Of a DNA stretch of 64,000 nt, positions 51,193 to 63,649 are shown piece by piece. The stretch spans positions 2,464,001 through 2,528,000 of the forward strand of contig OZ001293.3 in NCBI GenBank assembly GCA_963921275.4, given 5' to 3'. The stretch is from an uncultured Hormoscilla sp. (GTDB lineage: Bacteria > Cyanobacteriota > Cyanobacteriia > Cyanobacteriales > Desertifilaceae). Below the pieces are notes generated by a model. That model had not been told where the DNA came from. It was given only the letters and a program-made list of their open reading frames with translations, and made no database searches. Positions within the stretch are counted from its first letter, which is position 1. Each line of letters opens with the position of its first letter. The translations under genes were made by a program, and so were the position numbers.

Positions 51193-51232
51193 TATCGTGG
51201 CGATCACATGTACCGGCGATATGCGATCGCCC

Positions 51233-52084
51233 TCAACCCAACGGATAATTTTCTCGTTGATTTTGTTGCAGCAACCAATAGCAAAACCCCGATAAAAGCA
51301 TAATGGGGATGGTAGAAAAAATTTGGGCGTCGTCGGAGTGCCAGTATTCATAGAGAGGATAATTGTAAGCTGCGAAAAGCACCAGAATAGGAATGCGGAA
51401 AATGCCATTAAACAGCCAAACGATCGTCACAGCGACGATGGGAACGAGAAACTTTTGCCAGAACTTAGTCGGGTAGGTGACTAAAAACAGCAGGGCGAGT
51501 TGCAACATCCACGCGATCGTCACTACACAGTTAGGTCCTATCCAGACATTGATTTGGGGCGTAATAATTGTATCCCCTTGACTAGCGACATCAAACCCGA
51601 CGTACCAAAGGATAAAGGTAGAAAATTTAGTCATTAAGACATTAACATTGGTTAGCTGATTAATGGGTTCCACCAACCTTTCTACAGGAACCGCGAGAAC
51701 CAGAAACAACATCAGTTCTTGCCAATATTGCTTTAACCCTTTGATTCCAGAAACTAAAAGCGCTAGACTGAAGGCAGAAATAAAGGGTAAGCAGCGGATT
51801 AACAGGTCATAATTGGGGAGGATGGGACTGTTTTTGAACATCAAGGCGATGATGCAGATGCTTAATATGCGTGCAGCTAGTTCACTTTCCAGATTGAAGG
51901 AATGAGAATTATTCTTGAAGCGGAAGGCGATCGCCCCTGTATATAATATAGTTGTCACTTGCAGGTTAGTGAGTCCCGCTTTACCGACTAAGTTGAGGTT
52001 CAGACCCAGGATAGTTACAGTGAAAGTCAACAACCAGAAGTTTGTGGTTGACAGGCGTTGAATTACACTCGAGAATATTTTCAT
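51233..52084 (-). CDS. Cyanoexosortase / exosortase family protein
   Basis: Multi-TM protein; GLKQYWQEL, catalytic-type C (GPNC), R (NGIFRI), H (EYWH). Confidence 0.75.
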   Translation of the reverse strand: MKIFSSVIQRLSTTNFWLLTFTVTILGLNLNLVGKAGLTNLQVTTILYTGAIAFRFKNNSHSFNLESELAARILSICIIALMFKNSPILPNYDLLIRCLPFISAFSLALLVSGIKGLKQYWQELMLFLVLAVPVERLVEPINQLTNVNVLMTKFSTFILWYVGFDVASQGDTIITPQINVWIGPNCVVTIAWMLQLALLFLVTYPTKFWQKFLVPIVAVTIVWLFNGIFRIPILVLFAAYNYPLYEYWHSDDAQIFSTIPIMLLSGFCYWLLQQNQRENYPLG

Positions 52085-52572
52085 TTTTCTGACTTTGGCG
52101 CGATGTCTTTCATGCATGTGCGAATACGATGTCTCCTGGGTAGTGCGATTAGCGCGCTGCATGTCCTAGGTAGTGCGACTAAGTAGTCATGCAAAATTAA
52201 TTTTATATCGAATCCACCTGCAAAGCTCGATCTGCGCGGATTTCATATAAAATTAATTTTGCTGAGGTACTTACAGCGCGAGCGGTCTCTCATGCATCTG
52301 CGACTACGATATTTCTCGGGTAGTGCTTCTAGCGCTCTTCGGAGACATCGAGTTCCCGAGAGACACCGCGGCTATCCTGGGTTTATAGTGGAAAAAGTAT
52401 TGCAATATACAATTTTGCCCTATAAGAAAGGCTGAAACCCTTGATTTTGTGTAATCATAAGCTTTACTTATCACCCAAAACCCAGGAGACCCGACACCGC
52501 TTTGTAATGCTACCATGATAACTCAAGTTGCCATAAATTTTATGGCTTGACATAAAATTTAATAAAATTCTA

Positions 52573-52693
52573 GGCGTTGCACATTTTGGAGATGATGCCC
52601 TTTTTTGCACAAGCTACGCTACTGAAAATGGCTTGTAGTCTAAGTTTGAGAGTTCTGAAACTATCTCCATCATCTCGTCCGAAGTGCAACGCC
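52573..52693. mobile_element. MITE, 121 bp
   Basis: TIR GGCGTTGCAC...GTGCAACGCC; 8-bp TSD AAATTCTA; solo left end also at 29454. Confidence 0.85.
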
Positions 52694-52741
52694 AAATTCT
52701 AATTGGTTCTGTATGACAATAAAAAGTGATGGCGGTTGGAT

Positions 52742-53070
52742 GGCACTGGTTCAGTCTGCTTAAGAAGCTAAAATCTTTGATACATAAAGGTTAGAAGCTC
52801 ATCGACAGTTAGATAATTTCTTCCCAAGTCAGACCTCTTTTCAAGATCCCTAATGCCAGAGGACTTGTCCAGTTGTAAAATAAGGTCTAACAAAATTATG
52901 AATAATCCAGAAAATATCTAAAACTTTTTGTCGGCCTTCCTGACTCTGTAAGTATTAATGCGACGAATAAAAGCAGACAAATAGCGTCGTAGAGAACTGT
53001 TAAAGGCTTTTACATGTAGGCCAAGAACTTCGGAATTTTCAACAGAGATAGTTGTCCGAGGATGCAGGGT
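52742..53070 (-). mobile_element. IS1-like transposase C-terminal remnant
   Basis: Manual translation HVKAFNSSLRRYLSAFIRRINTY..WIIHNFVRPYFTT; boundaries approximate. Confidence 0.6.
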
Positions 53071-53281
53071 AAGCACAAGAATCAATAAGGGGCATCTATT
53101 CTCAACTCTCTGATAATGATTGCCAGATTATTGCTAATAATCCATACTATTGAGAATTAGCCTGGATCCATACCACATTTTGGCACAGTTTTTCTTGCGC
53201 TTGCCCTGGATCGCTTCTTACCCCTAGCCAAGCCCAAAAACAAAAAAGCTTCCACCCAAAACCCTTAATTGTCCGTTGTCC

Positions 53282-54697
53282 GTGTGATTCGTTTGGTGGT
53301 CCCCCACGGTGGGGGACCACCAGCAGGATTCCATTAGCCCTGACAACTTATAGATGATGTGGGTGCAAGCCCCACCCTCCAGGTGCAGGAGTGACAGCAC
53401 CTTCCCGGCGGTAGCGATGGCATCAATCCGTAAAGCGGGAAGGAAAGGCGCACGGCTGGCGCCGCGCTGCGCGATCTGGCTGGCAGCCCTAAAACCGGTC
53501 ATCGTCAAGCAAGTAGCCATGGTGAACGCAAGTGAAGGCTCACAAGTGTCGTTAGACATAACCAGTGAAATAAGGCTGATACACTGGCCCCAAAAGGGGA
53601 AGGATATAGGTCGCTGGCCAATGGGCAATGGACGCACCGACAACAAACCCGGCATAAAGAGTCCACCTAAAGCTACAACCAATCGTCTATAGGAACGAAG
53701 TAACCCGGATATGTACTCTCTACCAAGGTCGATAGGTAGAGTAGCCACCAAAGGCGCAACATCTGCTTCCATCAGGCAGGTCATAACCGGGAAGGATTGA
53801 GTGGAGGAGCAAACGCCTATCTGTAATGGATAGGATAAGCTGACGCCCTCACGGTGAAGTGAAAAGTAGAGTTGCAAGTAACAGCACAAAAGTTATGAGC
53901 ACGGTAAATCAACCGATGTATGAATGGAACGCAATCCCCTGGCGCAAGTTGGAGAGGAGAGTGTTTAAGCTGCAAAAACATTTCTACAAAGCGGCACAAC
54001 GTGGCGATAAGCAGAATGTCCGCAAACTCCAGAGATTACTAACGAAGTCCTGGTCAGCAAAATGCCTGGCCGTGCGACGGGTAACACAGGATAATAATGG
54101 CAAAAACACCGCCAGCGTTGATGGGGTCAAAACTATTAGCCCTAAAGAGCGCCTAGAGATGCGCATGGTTGAAAGCCGGTGTGGTAGATGTAGGACAAAT
54201 ACAACCAAGGTCGATAGGTAGAGTAGCCACCAAAGGCGCAACATCTGCTTCCATCAGGCAGGTCATAACCGGGAAGGATTGAGTGGAGGAGCAAACGCCT
54301 ATCTGTAATGGATAGGATAAGCTGACGCCCTCACGGTGAAGTGAAAAGTAGAGTTGCAAGTAACAGCACAAAAGTTATGAGCACGGTAAATCAACCGATG
54401 TATGAATGGAACGCAATCCCCTGGCGCAAGTTGGAGAGGAGAGTGTTTAAGCTGCAAAAACATTTCTACAAAGCGGCACAACGTGGCGATAAACAGAATG
54501 TCCGCAAACTCCAGAGATTACTAACGAAGTCCTGGTCAGCAAAATGCCTGGCCGTGCGACGGGTAACACAGGATAATAATGGCAAAACACCGCCAGCGTT
54601 GATGGGGTCAAAACTATTAGCCCTAAAGAGCGCCTAGAGATGCGCATGGTTGAAAGCCGGTGTGGTAGATGTAGGACAAATACAGACACCCGAAGGT
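53282..54697 (+). mobile_element. 5' fragment of an RT-encoding group II intron with deleted RT ORF and internal tandem duplication
   Basis: GTGTG start; RVT_N (EWNAIPWRKLERRVFKLQK, LAVRRVTQDNNGKNT..VDG); 482-bp duplication; no domain V of its own. Confidence 0.85.
53722..54684. repeat. 482/481-bp direct tandem duplication
   Basis: ACCAAGGTCGATAGG at 53722 and 54204; second copy has a 1-nt deletion. Confidence 0.95.
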
Positions 54698-54774
54698 AGT
54701 CAACTGGCAGGATCCACGCCCGGACTGCAGCCAGTTGAGCGAAAATAACTGACCGGTGTCTCTGGAGTAGTGCG

Positions 54775-55609
<835 letters not shown>

Positions 55610-55735
55610 TTTACGATGTCTTCTGGGTAGTGTGATTAGCGCCCCCAGAAGACATCGAGATATCCGGAGACACCGGAAGCAACGCTAGTCCAATCGCTAA
55701 ATTTTTACCCGATTTTTATCCCGCGCCACCGATCG

Positions 55736-56173
55736 TTAGTCACCGAGCGCTGACACTAGGGCATGTAACCCCAGCCGATAACTTTCTGCACCAAAGCCAC
55801 TAATTTGCCCCACTGCCACCGGCGCTATATATGAATGATGGCGGAAGCTTTCACGGCGATAGATGTTGCTGAGGTGAACCTCCACCGTCGGTATGGCCAC
55901 TGCGGCGATCGCATCTCTAATAGCCACGCTAGTATGGGTATATGCTCCAGCATTGATCAGCAACCCTACATAGCGACCTCGGGCCTGATGGATCGCATCT
56001 ACCAAAGCACCCTCGTGGTTCGACTGGAAGCTTGACACCTTTACCTTAAGCGAGCGCGCTTCCGAATCTAGGAGGCGATTAATGCCCTCTAGGGTTAAGC
56101 TACCATAAATCTCTGGTTCTCGTTGACCCAATAGATTTAGATTTGGTCCATGCAGTACTAAAACCTCTAACAA
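55736..56173 (-). CDS. aroQ: Type II 3-dehydroquinate dehydratase
   Basis: [26 protein letters not shown]. Confidence 0.96.
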   Translation of the reverse strand: MLEVLVLHGPNLNLLGQREPEIYGSLTLEGINRLLDSEARSLKVKVSSFQSNHEGALVDAIHQARGRYVGLLINAGAYTHTSVAIRDAIAAVAIPTVEVHLSNIYRRESFRHHSYIAPVAVGQISGFGAESYRLGLHALVSALGD

Positions 56174-56201
56174 AATCCTCCTCCCAAATCAAGGAAGACC
56201 A

Positions 56202-56342
56202 CTACCGATGCCTGCTTTCTGGATCTTTTACTGGGATGGGAATCAGCTCCGGTTCTGGCTGGACATCTGGTCCGACTAGCGCTTCTATGAGCTTGCGAGC
56301 CCATTCCTTAATTTTTTCCAGTATCTTGTCGATGTAGTCCAT
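56202..56342 (-). CDS. Small (46 aa) conserved cyanobacterial protein
   Basis: GGAG RBS; MDYIDKILEKIKEWARKLIEALVGP..PELIPIPV; below ORF-track cutoff. Confidence 0.7.
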   Translation of the reverse strand: MDYIDKILEKIKEWARKLIEALVGPDVQPEPELIPIPVKDPESRHR

Positions 56343-56435
56343 TAATTAAAAGCTCCTTCACTATAGCCTGTTCTCGCTACTTAAGAGTGATACCCGTCAT
56401 CCCTTACACTCTTTACTCGATCATAACGAATATTC

Positions 56436-57719
56436 TCAAAGATCGACAAACCTGGTTTTTGTCTCCTCTCTGGTTGACAATTGGCGTCGCAGATGGTCAA
56501 GAGCACTGCAAGCGCTCCGGTGACGAATCATATCCCTGTCTTGCTGCGAACCAAAACGATGCTTAAAGCTCTGTACGCCGTCAGCAGCAGCCAGACCCAC
56601 ATAAACTAATCCTACTGGTTTGGACTCTGTACCGCCTCCTGGTCCAGCAATCCCCGTAATACTCAGTCCCCAGGTAGTCCCCATCAGCTTTTGGACTCCC
56701 ATAGCCATTTGCTGGGCGACAACATCACTTACAGCTCCCGAAAGGGCCAACTCTGCGGGATTTACACCCAGCTGGTCAACTTTCACCTGATTGTCATAAG
56801 AAATGATCCCGCCCTGGAAGTAATTAGAGCTTCCAGCCACCGTGGTAAGCATACTACCCAGACCTCCACCGGTGCATGATTCAGCAACGCTTAGGGTTTC
56901 ACCCGCCGCCAGCAGCAGCTTTCCCACCACTTCTGCCAGAGTTTCGTCATCAGCACCATAGCAGTTTAGTCCGCCAATCTGTCGCAGCTTTTCTTCCACT
57001 GGCGAAATCCGTTGGCGGGCCGTCTCTGCTGAAGAAGCTTTAGCACTGATGCGTAGCTTCACCTCTCCCTTCCCCGCATAGGGCGCAACTGTGGGGTTGG
57101 GCATATCTAGGATGGACGGTGGGATCTTTTCTACTAAAGCTGATTCTCCAATACCCCAAAACTTTAACGTCCGACTGTAGATTATTTCTTTACCCCAGCC
57201 CTTACTTTTTAGATAGGGTACAGCGGTTTCCCTCCACATCCGGTGCATTTCTGAGGGGACACCCGGGAAGGTAAGAATCGTCAGATCCGCGGGGGGTTGC
57301 CAGATTATACCTGGTGCTGTCCCCGCTGGGTTGGGTAAAACTGAAGCACCCTGGGGAATCAATGCTTGTTTGCGGTTACTGGGGTTCATTTTACGCCCCC
57401 TAGATGCGTATTTTTGGGTAATGTCTGCTAATAACTCTCGCTCCTCCACCAGCGGTACGCCAAAAAAGTCGGCAATAGTTTCGCAGGTAAGGTCATCGGG
57501 AGTTGGTCCCAGACCACCTGTGAATATTAGTATTTTCGCTCCCCGATCGATCGCTATTGCGATCGCCCGTTTTATTCGCTCCCGATTATCACCCACTACC
57601 GTTTGATAGTAGTGCGTAATTCCCAGACTCGCCAACTGCTGGGCTAAAAATTGGGCATTCCTATTGATAATCTCTCCTAAAAGTAATTCCGTTCCTACAC
57701 AAATAATTTCAGCTGTCAT
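56436..57719 (-). CDS. cinA: Competence/damage-inducible protein CinA
   Basis: AEIICVGTELLLG, GGLGPTPDD, AESCTGG, ITGIAGPGGG. Confidence 0.95.
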   Translation of the reverse strand: MTAEIICVGTELLLGEIINRNAQFLAQQLASLGITHYYQTVVGDNRERIKRAIAIAIDRGAKILIFTGGLGPTPDDLTCETIADFFGVPLVEERELLADITQKYASRGRKMNPSNRKQALIPQGASVLPNPAGTAPGIIWQPPADLTILTFPGVPSEMHRMWRETAVPYLKSKGWGKEIIYSRTLKFWGIGESALVEKIPPSILDMPNPTVAPYAGKGEVKLRISAKASSAETARQRISPVEEKLRQIGGLNCYGADDETLAEVVGKLLLAAGETLSVAESCTGGGLGSMLTTVAGSSNYFQGGIISYDNQVKVDQLGVNPAELALSGAVSDVVAQQMAMGVQKLMGTTWGLSITGIAGPGGGTESKPVGLVYVGLAAADGVQSFKHRFGSQQDRDMIRHRSACSALDHLRRQLSTREETKTRFVDL

Positions 57720-57966
57720 TGTTAATTATTAATTGTTAATTGTTCATGCCTTGCCGATCTATTTAACAATTATAGTTATCTAATCAGCTCTTTGATATTG
57801 CTTCTTTTGACTGTGTCAATCGTTTCTTTTGCTAAAACTAGATTACCCGTGTTTTTCGTTGATTCTCTTAACCACTAACAATGGCAAATTTAAATTGCCA
57901 ATTGCCGCGAATGGGCATAATAAATAATCAACAATTCTCAATTCCCAATGCTCAATTCTTCATACT

Positions 57967-59040
57967 TTACTGTCGAGCTTGCTTTTCAACTTTCCAGGTA
58001 GTGTAACCTAGGAGTAAGGTAGCACCGATCGCGTAAGTCTGACCACCAGGCAGACCAGCGACAGCCAAAGATAAACTTCCCACCCAGAGAGTCAAGGAGT
58101 AAATAAATAAAACCGTTAAACGATGGGAAAGACCAGCTGACAGCAGTCGGTGATGCAGATGACGCTTATCCGCTATAAAGGGCGATCGGCCATTAAGAAG
58201 TCGGTTCAAAATCACAGCTGACATATCCAAAATCGGCACAGCCAGAATCAAGTATGGTAGCACTGCTGCTGTAACAGCAGTAGTTTTGACCAAACCAATC
58301 ACCCCTACTCCGGCCAGGGTAAATCCCATAAAATAAGCTCCGCCATCTCCCATAAAGATCTGAGCTGGGTTAAAATTATAGCGCAGAAATCCCAAACATC
58401 CCCCCGCTAGGGCAGCGGCAATTAAGGCCGCTGCTGGTTGAGCCATAAACAAGCTGACAACCAACATTACCACGGCGGCAATTCCCGAGACTCCTGCGGC
58501 TAGACCATCTAGACCATCGATCCAGTTAATCGCATTCACCATTCCCACTAGCCAAATCACAGTGATTGGCATTGAGATCAAGTCTGGTAGAGAGACTAGA
58601 CCAGCAAAGGGAATTGTGATAAACTCGATTTGCACTCCCACATTCCAGGCCCAACTAGCGATGATTACCTGGATCAGGAGTCGAGAGAAAGGCGAGAGAC
58701 CGAATAGGTCATCTGCTAGGCCAATCAGGAAAAAGGCCAGACTGCCAACCGTGACTCCCCAAACCTCATACTCTTTATCTGGGGGCAAAACGCCAAAGCC
58801 TCCCGCCCACCATACTACCAATAGGGCTCCAATTGTACCTAAAAATATGGCCATACCCCCTAAGCGTACCATTGGCGCAGAGTGAACTTTCCGTTTGTCA
58901 GGGATATCCACCCGCCCATTTTTTAGTCCTATTTCCTTGACTATTGGCGTGGTTGCTAGGACAACCAAGGCCGATACTATAAAGGCAACTAGGTGGTACA
59001 ACTGGTAAGGCATCTGAAACTCAGCTTGGGAGCTATACAT
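57967..59040 (-). CDS. MraY/WecA family undecaprenyl-phosphate sugar-1-phosphate transferase
   Basis: NAINWIDGLDGL, IFMGDGG, DKRHLHHRL. Confidence 0.92.
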   Translation of the reverse strand: MYSSQAEFQMPYQLYHLVAFIVSALVVLATTPIVKEIGLKNGRVDIPDKRKVHSAPMVRLGGMAIFLGTIGALLVVWWAGGFGVLPPDKEYEVWGVTVGSLAFFLIGLADDLFGLSPFSRLLIQVIIASWAWNVGVQIEFITIPFAGLVSLPDLISMPITVIWLVGMVNAINWIDGLDGLAAGVSGIAAVVMLVVSLFMAQPAAALIAAALAGGCLGFLRYNFNPAQIFMGDGGAYFMGFTLAGVGVIGLVKTTAVTAAVLPYLILAVPILDMSAVILNRLLNGRSPFIADKRHLHHRLLSAGLSHRLTVLFIYSLTLWVGSLSLAVAGLPGGQTYAIGATLLLGYTTWKVEKQARQ

Positions 59041-59306
59041 TCATTTGCATATGACAGTTATATACAGAACTCTAGATTTTTTGATATTTTCCAGATATTC
59101 GGATATAAATTTAAGCTATTATTTCTCTATAGGCTCACTACAATTGGGTGGAGAGCAATTACAGACTTCATTGAGGGGTACATCTCACTTTTGCTGTGGG
59201 GAATGGTTTCACTCTTTTGCCCAGAAACCCGGTTTTTTGCTCATACCGGGTTTCTTAATTTAAGCATTGAATAGCTTCTGACTGCACTTGGTGAGAATTA
59301 GGCTCT

Positions 59307-60581
59307 TCAGGGCACCCGATAGCTTAAGTGTTGATATAGGGTGAAGCGATCGCACAAGGCAGCTACCCGAGGTCGACAGTCTTGTTGGACGGTATCATCC
59401 TCTGGAGAAGTCAGGCGATCGGCAATAATATTAGCGATTTGAGTGAATTCCCCTGTGCCCATGCCCCTTGTGGTCATTGCCGGCGATCCCAGCCGCAAAC
59501 CACTGGTGACAAAGGGGGATTCTGGATCGAAGGGCACTGTGTTCTTGTTGGCAGTAATATTAATATTACCGAGGAGCTGGTCGGCTTGCTTGCCAGTCAT
59601 GCCGATCGATCGCAGGTCCACGAGTAATAAATGGTTATCTGTGCCACCAGAGACTATCTTCAGACCTCGCTGCTGTAACTGCTGCGCTAAGGCTTGGGCA
59701 TTAGCAATCACTTGAGCCGAATAGTGCTTAAATTCAGGCTGCAAGGCTTCGCCAAAGGCAACGGCTTTAGCAGCAATTACATGTTCTAAGGGACCGCCTT
59801 GAGTACCGGGGAATACAGCTTTATTGAACTTTTTGCCCAGTTCGGGATCGTTGGTCATGATTAAACCACCCCTGGGACCGCGTAGGGTCTTGTGAGTGGT
59901 TGTAGTCACCACATGACAGTAGGGAAGGGGGTTGGGGTGATGACCAGTGGCAACCAAACCGGCGATGTGAGCAATGTCTGCCAGCAGGTAAGCACCAATT
60001 TCATCAGCGATCGCCCGGAATTTCTCAAACTCGATCGTCCGAGAATAAGCTGAATAACCGCAAATTATCAGTTTAGGACGATGCTGAAGCGCCAGGTCCC
60101 GCACCTGGTCGTAGTCCAGCACCTCTGTGGAGGCACTCACCCCATAATGACAGACCTTAAACCACTTACCCGAAACGTTCACGGGGGAACCATGAGTCAA
60201 ATGACCTCCGTGAGACAGATCCATACCCATAATCTTATCGCCAGGCTCCAGCAGGGCTAGGAACACGGCTAAATTAGCCTGAGCGCCTGAGTGGGGTTGG
60301 ACATTAGCATGAGCTGCACCAAATAGCTGTTTAACCCGGTCAATGGCCAGTTGTTCCGCCTTGTCGATAAATTCACAGCCGCCGTAATAGCGTTTTTTCG
60401 GCAACCCTTCGGCATACTTGTTGGTCAGAACCGAGCCTTGAGCGGCCAACACCGCTGGTGAGGTAAAATTTTCACTGGCTATCAGTTCCAGGTGCTCCCG
60501 TTGACGCTGTAGTTCGGACTGGATGATTTCGGCAACCACTGGATCGGTTTTGGCCAATTCGTATATATTTGTCATAGTCAC
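59307..60581 (-). CDS. glyA: Serine hydroxymethyltransferase
   Basis: [21 protein letters not shown]. Confidence 0.98.
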   Translation of the reverse strand: MTMTNIYELAKTDPVVAEIIQSELQRQREHLELIASENFTSPAVLAAQGSVLTNKYAEGLPKKRYYGGCEFIDKAEQLAIDRVKQLFGAAHANVQPHSGAQANLAVFLALLEPGDKIMGMDLSHGGHLTHGSPVNVSGKWFKVCHYGVSASTEVLDYDQVRDLALQHRPKLIICGYSAYSRTIEFEKFRAIADEIGAYLLADIAHIAGLVATGHHPNPLPYCHVVTTTTHKTLRGPRGGLIMTNDPELGKKFNKAVFPGTQGGPLEHVIAAKAVAFGEALQPEFKHYSAQVIANAQALAQQLQQRGLKIVSGGTDNHLLLVDLRSIGMTGKQADQLLGNINITANKNTVPFDPESPFVTSGLRLGSPAMTTRGMGTGEFTQIANIIADRLTSPEDDTVQQDCRPRVAALCDRFTLYQHLSYRVP

Positions 60582-60843
60582 TCTCAGCTTTTCCCCAAAA
60601 TTACTAACAGTTTCAGGTTCGCAATTCGGCTATCGCAAGCACCAATGGTCTCCTGAGTCAACCATCATAACTGAAAACTAGGACAATCCGGCGATCTGGA
60701 TCTAATTACTGGAGTCCGACGTGCTGGTAGAGTTGCCCAATCCGATCGCTGCTAATATTAAGTTATGTATTGATTAACACTATGCTAAACAACTACCCAC
60801 TTAAAATGAAGATAGTGGCCTCGCAGAGCTGCTGGAGGTAAGC

Positions 60844-61041
60844 ATGTTAGTTATTTTAATAGACGATCGAATCCTCGCTCCCAAAATAGTTTGTCAAGGC
60901 TGTTTACTTGCAGATCGCCAGGGCGAACCCCGCTGGCAGGGCGGTCAGCTGCGTTGCGGTCAAGCCCTTCAGAAACTGGCTCCTCAGCAACCAGAGCAGT
61001 ATGAATGTCAAATGGGCTTTCGAGTGGCCAAGGTGGAATAG
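60844..61041 (+). CDS. Small Cys-containing conserved hypothetical protein
   Basis: GGAGG RBS; VCQGCLLAD..LRCG..YECQMGF. Confidence 0.7.
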   Translation: MLVILIDDRILAPKIVCQGCLLADRQGEPRWQGGQLRCGQALQKLAPQQPEQYECQMGFRVAKVE

Positions 61042-61144
61042 CCGCCGCCTCTGGGCCAGACTGAGCAATTATTCCCTCCGCTGCGTTATTGTGGAGTATA
61101 GAGGTTCACTAACTGCTGCAACTGCTTGGAGAGGACATACTACC

Positions 61145-61621
61145 ATGACTTGGCAAGGATCTACAACTGTACGGGACCGAATTTTTGCGGCCCTGCCTTA
61201 TTTGCTGCCCTTGATCGATGGACTGAGGTTTAGCGGATTCTTATTTGAGCAGTTTCCGGCTCTGAGAGTAATTTTTCTGCCACTGGTGCCCTTGCTGCAA
61301 ATTTACCGTGGCGTGCCATTTGCAGGGCTGATTATTTTCTTTGGCTTATTTTTACTGGTGGTCAGAAATACTGACATCAATTACTTTATTCGTTTGAACA
61401 CCATGCAGGCGATTCTGATCGACATCGCTTTGATTCTCTGTAGTCTGGTTGTACCTTTCTTGGCTAATGTTATTCAGGTGCCTCTGGTGGTAGAAACGCT
61501 TTACAATACAATATTTCTGGCGATTGTCATCGCCTGTGTCTATGCAGTCTCGTCCTCACTCATGGGGCGTGACTCGGAAATGCCGCTCATAACTGAAGCA
61601 GCTCGCATGCAAGTCCGTTAG
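61145..61621 (+). CDS. Tic20 family protein
   Basis: AGAGGA RBS; MTWQGS..DRIFAALPYLLPL, FIRLNTMQAIL. Confidence 0.88.
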   Translation: MTWQGSTTVRDRIFAALPYLLPLIDGLRFSGFLFEQFPALRVIFLPLVPLLQIYRGVPFAGLIIFFGLFLLVVRNTDINYFIRLNTMQAILIDIALILCSLVVPFLANVIQVPLVVETLYNTIFLAIVIACVYAVSSSLMGRDSEMPLITEAARMQVR

Positions 61622-61820
61622 GAACTATTGTTATAACTGGCAGCCCCGACAGCCCGGAACTAGGGCATAACTGTACAGGCGAGCGGTCTCCTGGGTAGTG
61701 CTCCTACGATGTCTCCCGGGTAGTGCGACTAGACACGCGAGCGCTCTCCTGGGTAGTGCGATTAGCGCTCCCAGGAGACCGCTCGCCCTGTCGGAGGACA
61801 TCAAGATCCTAGGAGACACC

Positions 61821-62588
61821 TCAGACAACGGGATTTTCCAGGAAGCCGATGCCTTCGATTTCCACCCGGACCCGATCGCCCACCTGCATGGGCCCCACTC
61901 CAGCTGGGGTACCAGTCAATACTACATCCCCTGGTAACAGGGACATGATCCTAGAGATGTAGGAGACGAGAAAATCAGGTGAAAATACCATATCATCAAT
62001 GGAGATAGATTGTACAGGACTCTCATTGTCGTTGAGGTAGGTTTGCAATTGGGCACCCGGACTTAATTCTCTGACGACCCAAGGACCGAGTGGGCAGAAG
62101 GTATCAAAACTCTTGGCCCGCGTCCATTGACCGTCCCGCCGCTGTAGATCCCTGGCAGTGACATCATTGGCGATCGTGTAGCCCCAAATCTTGGCGCTCG
62201 CCTGCTCTGGGGTACAATCTAGACAACGATCGCCGATCACCACAGCCAATTCGCCTTCATAGTCTACTCGCTGGGATTGAGACGGATAGCGGATAGGACT
62301 ACCGGCTGAGATGATTGTGGTGGATGGCTTGAGAAATAACAAGGGTTCCTTTGGTACAGGGGTTCCCATCTCCGCTGCATGTTGGGCATAATTTTTCCCC
62401 ACCGCCACAATCTTAGAAGGGGCGCAGGGGGCGAGAACCTGGTACTGTTCGTACTCTAGGGACAGATTAGTCGGTTGACCTTGCAACCACGGGGGAGCAT
62501 CTAGTACCTGCACCTGTCGGTTCAGTTGCAGTAACCCGTAGTAAATCTGTCCCTCTGTCGTTTGTACTCGGACGTAGCGTTGCGCCAT
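61821..62588 (-). CDS. Fumarylacetoacetate hydrolase family protein
   Basis: VGKNY, DYEGEL, NDVTARD, LTGTP. Confidence 0.92.
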   Translation of the reverse strand: MAQRYVRVQTTEGQIYYGLLQLNRQVQVLDAPPWLQGQPTNLSLEYEQYQVLAPCAPSKIVAVGKNYAQHAAEMGTPVPKEPLLFLKPSTTIISAGSPIRYPSQSQRVDYEGELAVVIGDRCLDCTPEQASAKIWGYTIANDVTARDLQRRDGQWTRAKSFDTFCPLGPWVVRELSPGAQLQTYLNDNESPVQSISIDDMVFSPDFLVSYISRIMSLLPGDVVLTGTPAGVGPMQVGDRVRVEIEGIGFLENPVV

Positions 62589-62803
62589 AACCTCAATTCC
62601 TAAAGACTCTATAATCTTGATTTTTCCCAACCATCACCGGTGGCGGCGTACCCTGGTCGCTCGATGTCCCCCCACCAGGGGACGCGCTGCACTACCCCCG
62701 AGAGATCGTACTCGCATTACCCAGGGGACGTCGGGTAGTAATCAAGGGGTCGGGCAAAAATATATTTTCGTGATTTTAGCCAGAATATTCTAGCTTTGAT
62801 AAT

Positions 62804-62920
62804 AGACCTCTTACATAAGTCAATTTTTCTGTAGGGGCAAAGCATTTGTTCCTAATTTTATAGACAAATATATAAATGTATTCAAATGCTTTGCCCGCTC
62901 GTTATTTTTGCAAGAGGTCT
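62804..62920. mobile_element. MITE (IS5-like ends) containing a nested REP hairpin
   Basis: TIR AGACCTCTT(A/G)CA; AAT (or TAATA) duplication; internal GGGCAAAGCATTTG...CAAATGCTTTGCCC. Confidence 0.75.
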
Positions 62921-62935
62921 AATATACAATAGTAA

Positions 62936-63005
62936 GTCCTTGCTTCTGCAACAAAAGTCACTGGATACCGCCGGTGCAGAAGCCGTCTAGTCCAGAAGGA
63001 GAATC
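62936..63005 (+). promoter_or_regulatory. Putative rpsF leader RNA (S6:S18-type autoregulatory element)
   Basis: CCTTGC followed by a 9-bp stem GCTTCTGCA/TGCAGAAGC just upstream of the rpsF RBS. Confidence 0.45.
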
Positions 63006-63013
63006 CACCATCC

Positions 63014-63343
63014 ATGAAACGTTACGTTTACGAAACAATGTACATCCTGCGTCCTGATTTGGGCGAGGAATTGACCGAACGGGCGATCGAGAAGTATCAA
63101 ACCCTGCTGCGTGATATGGGAGCAGAAATCCTGGAAACCCAGCACCGGGGTAAGCGCCGTCTCGCCTATGAGATTAAAAAACAACGAGAGGGTGTCTATA
63201 TCCAAATGAATTACCAGGCCGATGGAAGCGCGATCGCCTTTCTAGAGCGTTCTCTGCGCCTCAGTGAGGATGTGATTCGCTATCTTACCATTAAGCAGGA
63301 GGTGAAGGAGGACAAAGAGACGCCACAACCTGCTGAGACCTAA
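63014..63343 (+). CDS. rpsF: 30S ribosomal protein S6
   Basis: [26 protein letters not shown]. Confidence 0.97.
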   Translation: MKRYVYETMYILRPDLGEELTERAIEKYQTLLRDMGAEILETQHRGKRRLAYEIKKQREGVYIQMNYQADGSAIAFLERSLRLSEDVIRYLTIKQEVKEDKETPQPAET

Positions 63344-63552
63344 ATTTATGGTTTTCTTTGCAACTCATGTAATTGGATAATAGTTAGTAGTTAGTAGTTA
63401 TATTAAGATAAAACGCTAACTACTATAAAATATTATGTTGCATAATCTGATCGAATTATTGCAAGCACAAAAGTTACGCTTCTTGAACTATTCTACCGCA
63501 TCGGTGGTGAGGAGGCCAATAAGTTCCCAGGCGGATCGAGGGAAGGAGGCGA

Positions 63553-63601
63553 ATTATAAATTTCAAATTATAAATTTCAAATTATAAATTTCAAACTATA
63601 A
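63553..63601. repeat. 14-bp tandem repeat (AATTATAAATTTCA x ~3.5)
   Basis: Direct reading; related heptamer STRR-like tracts at ~22805, 23316, 41574, 57719, 63381. Confidence 0.8.
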
Positions 63602-63649
63602 AACGGCAGTAAAAAAATATATAACGCATAAGTGATAGAAGAAAAGGCG

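Noticed and set aside
53859..54637. Possible DGR/retron or two RT genes
   Set aside because: Only a duplicated RVT_N stub of a group II intron; no YADD and no adenine-specific TR/VR pattern
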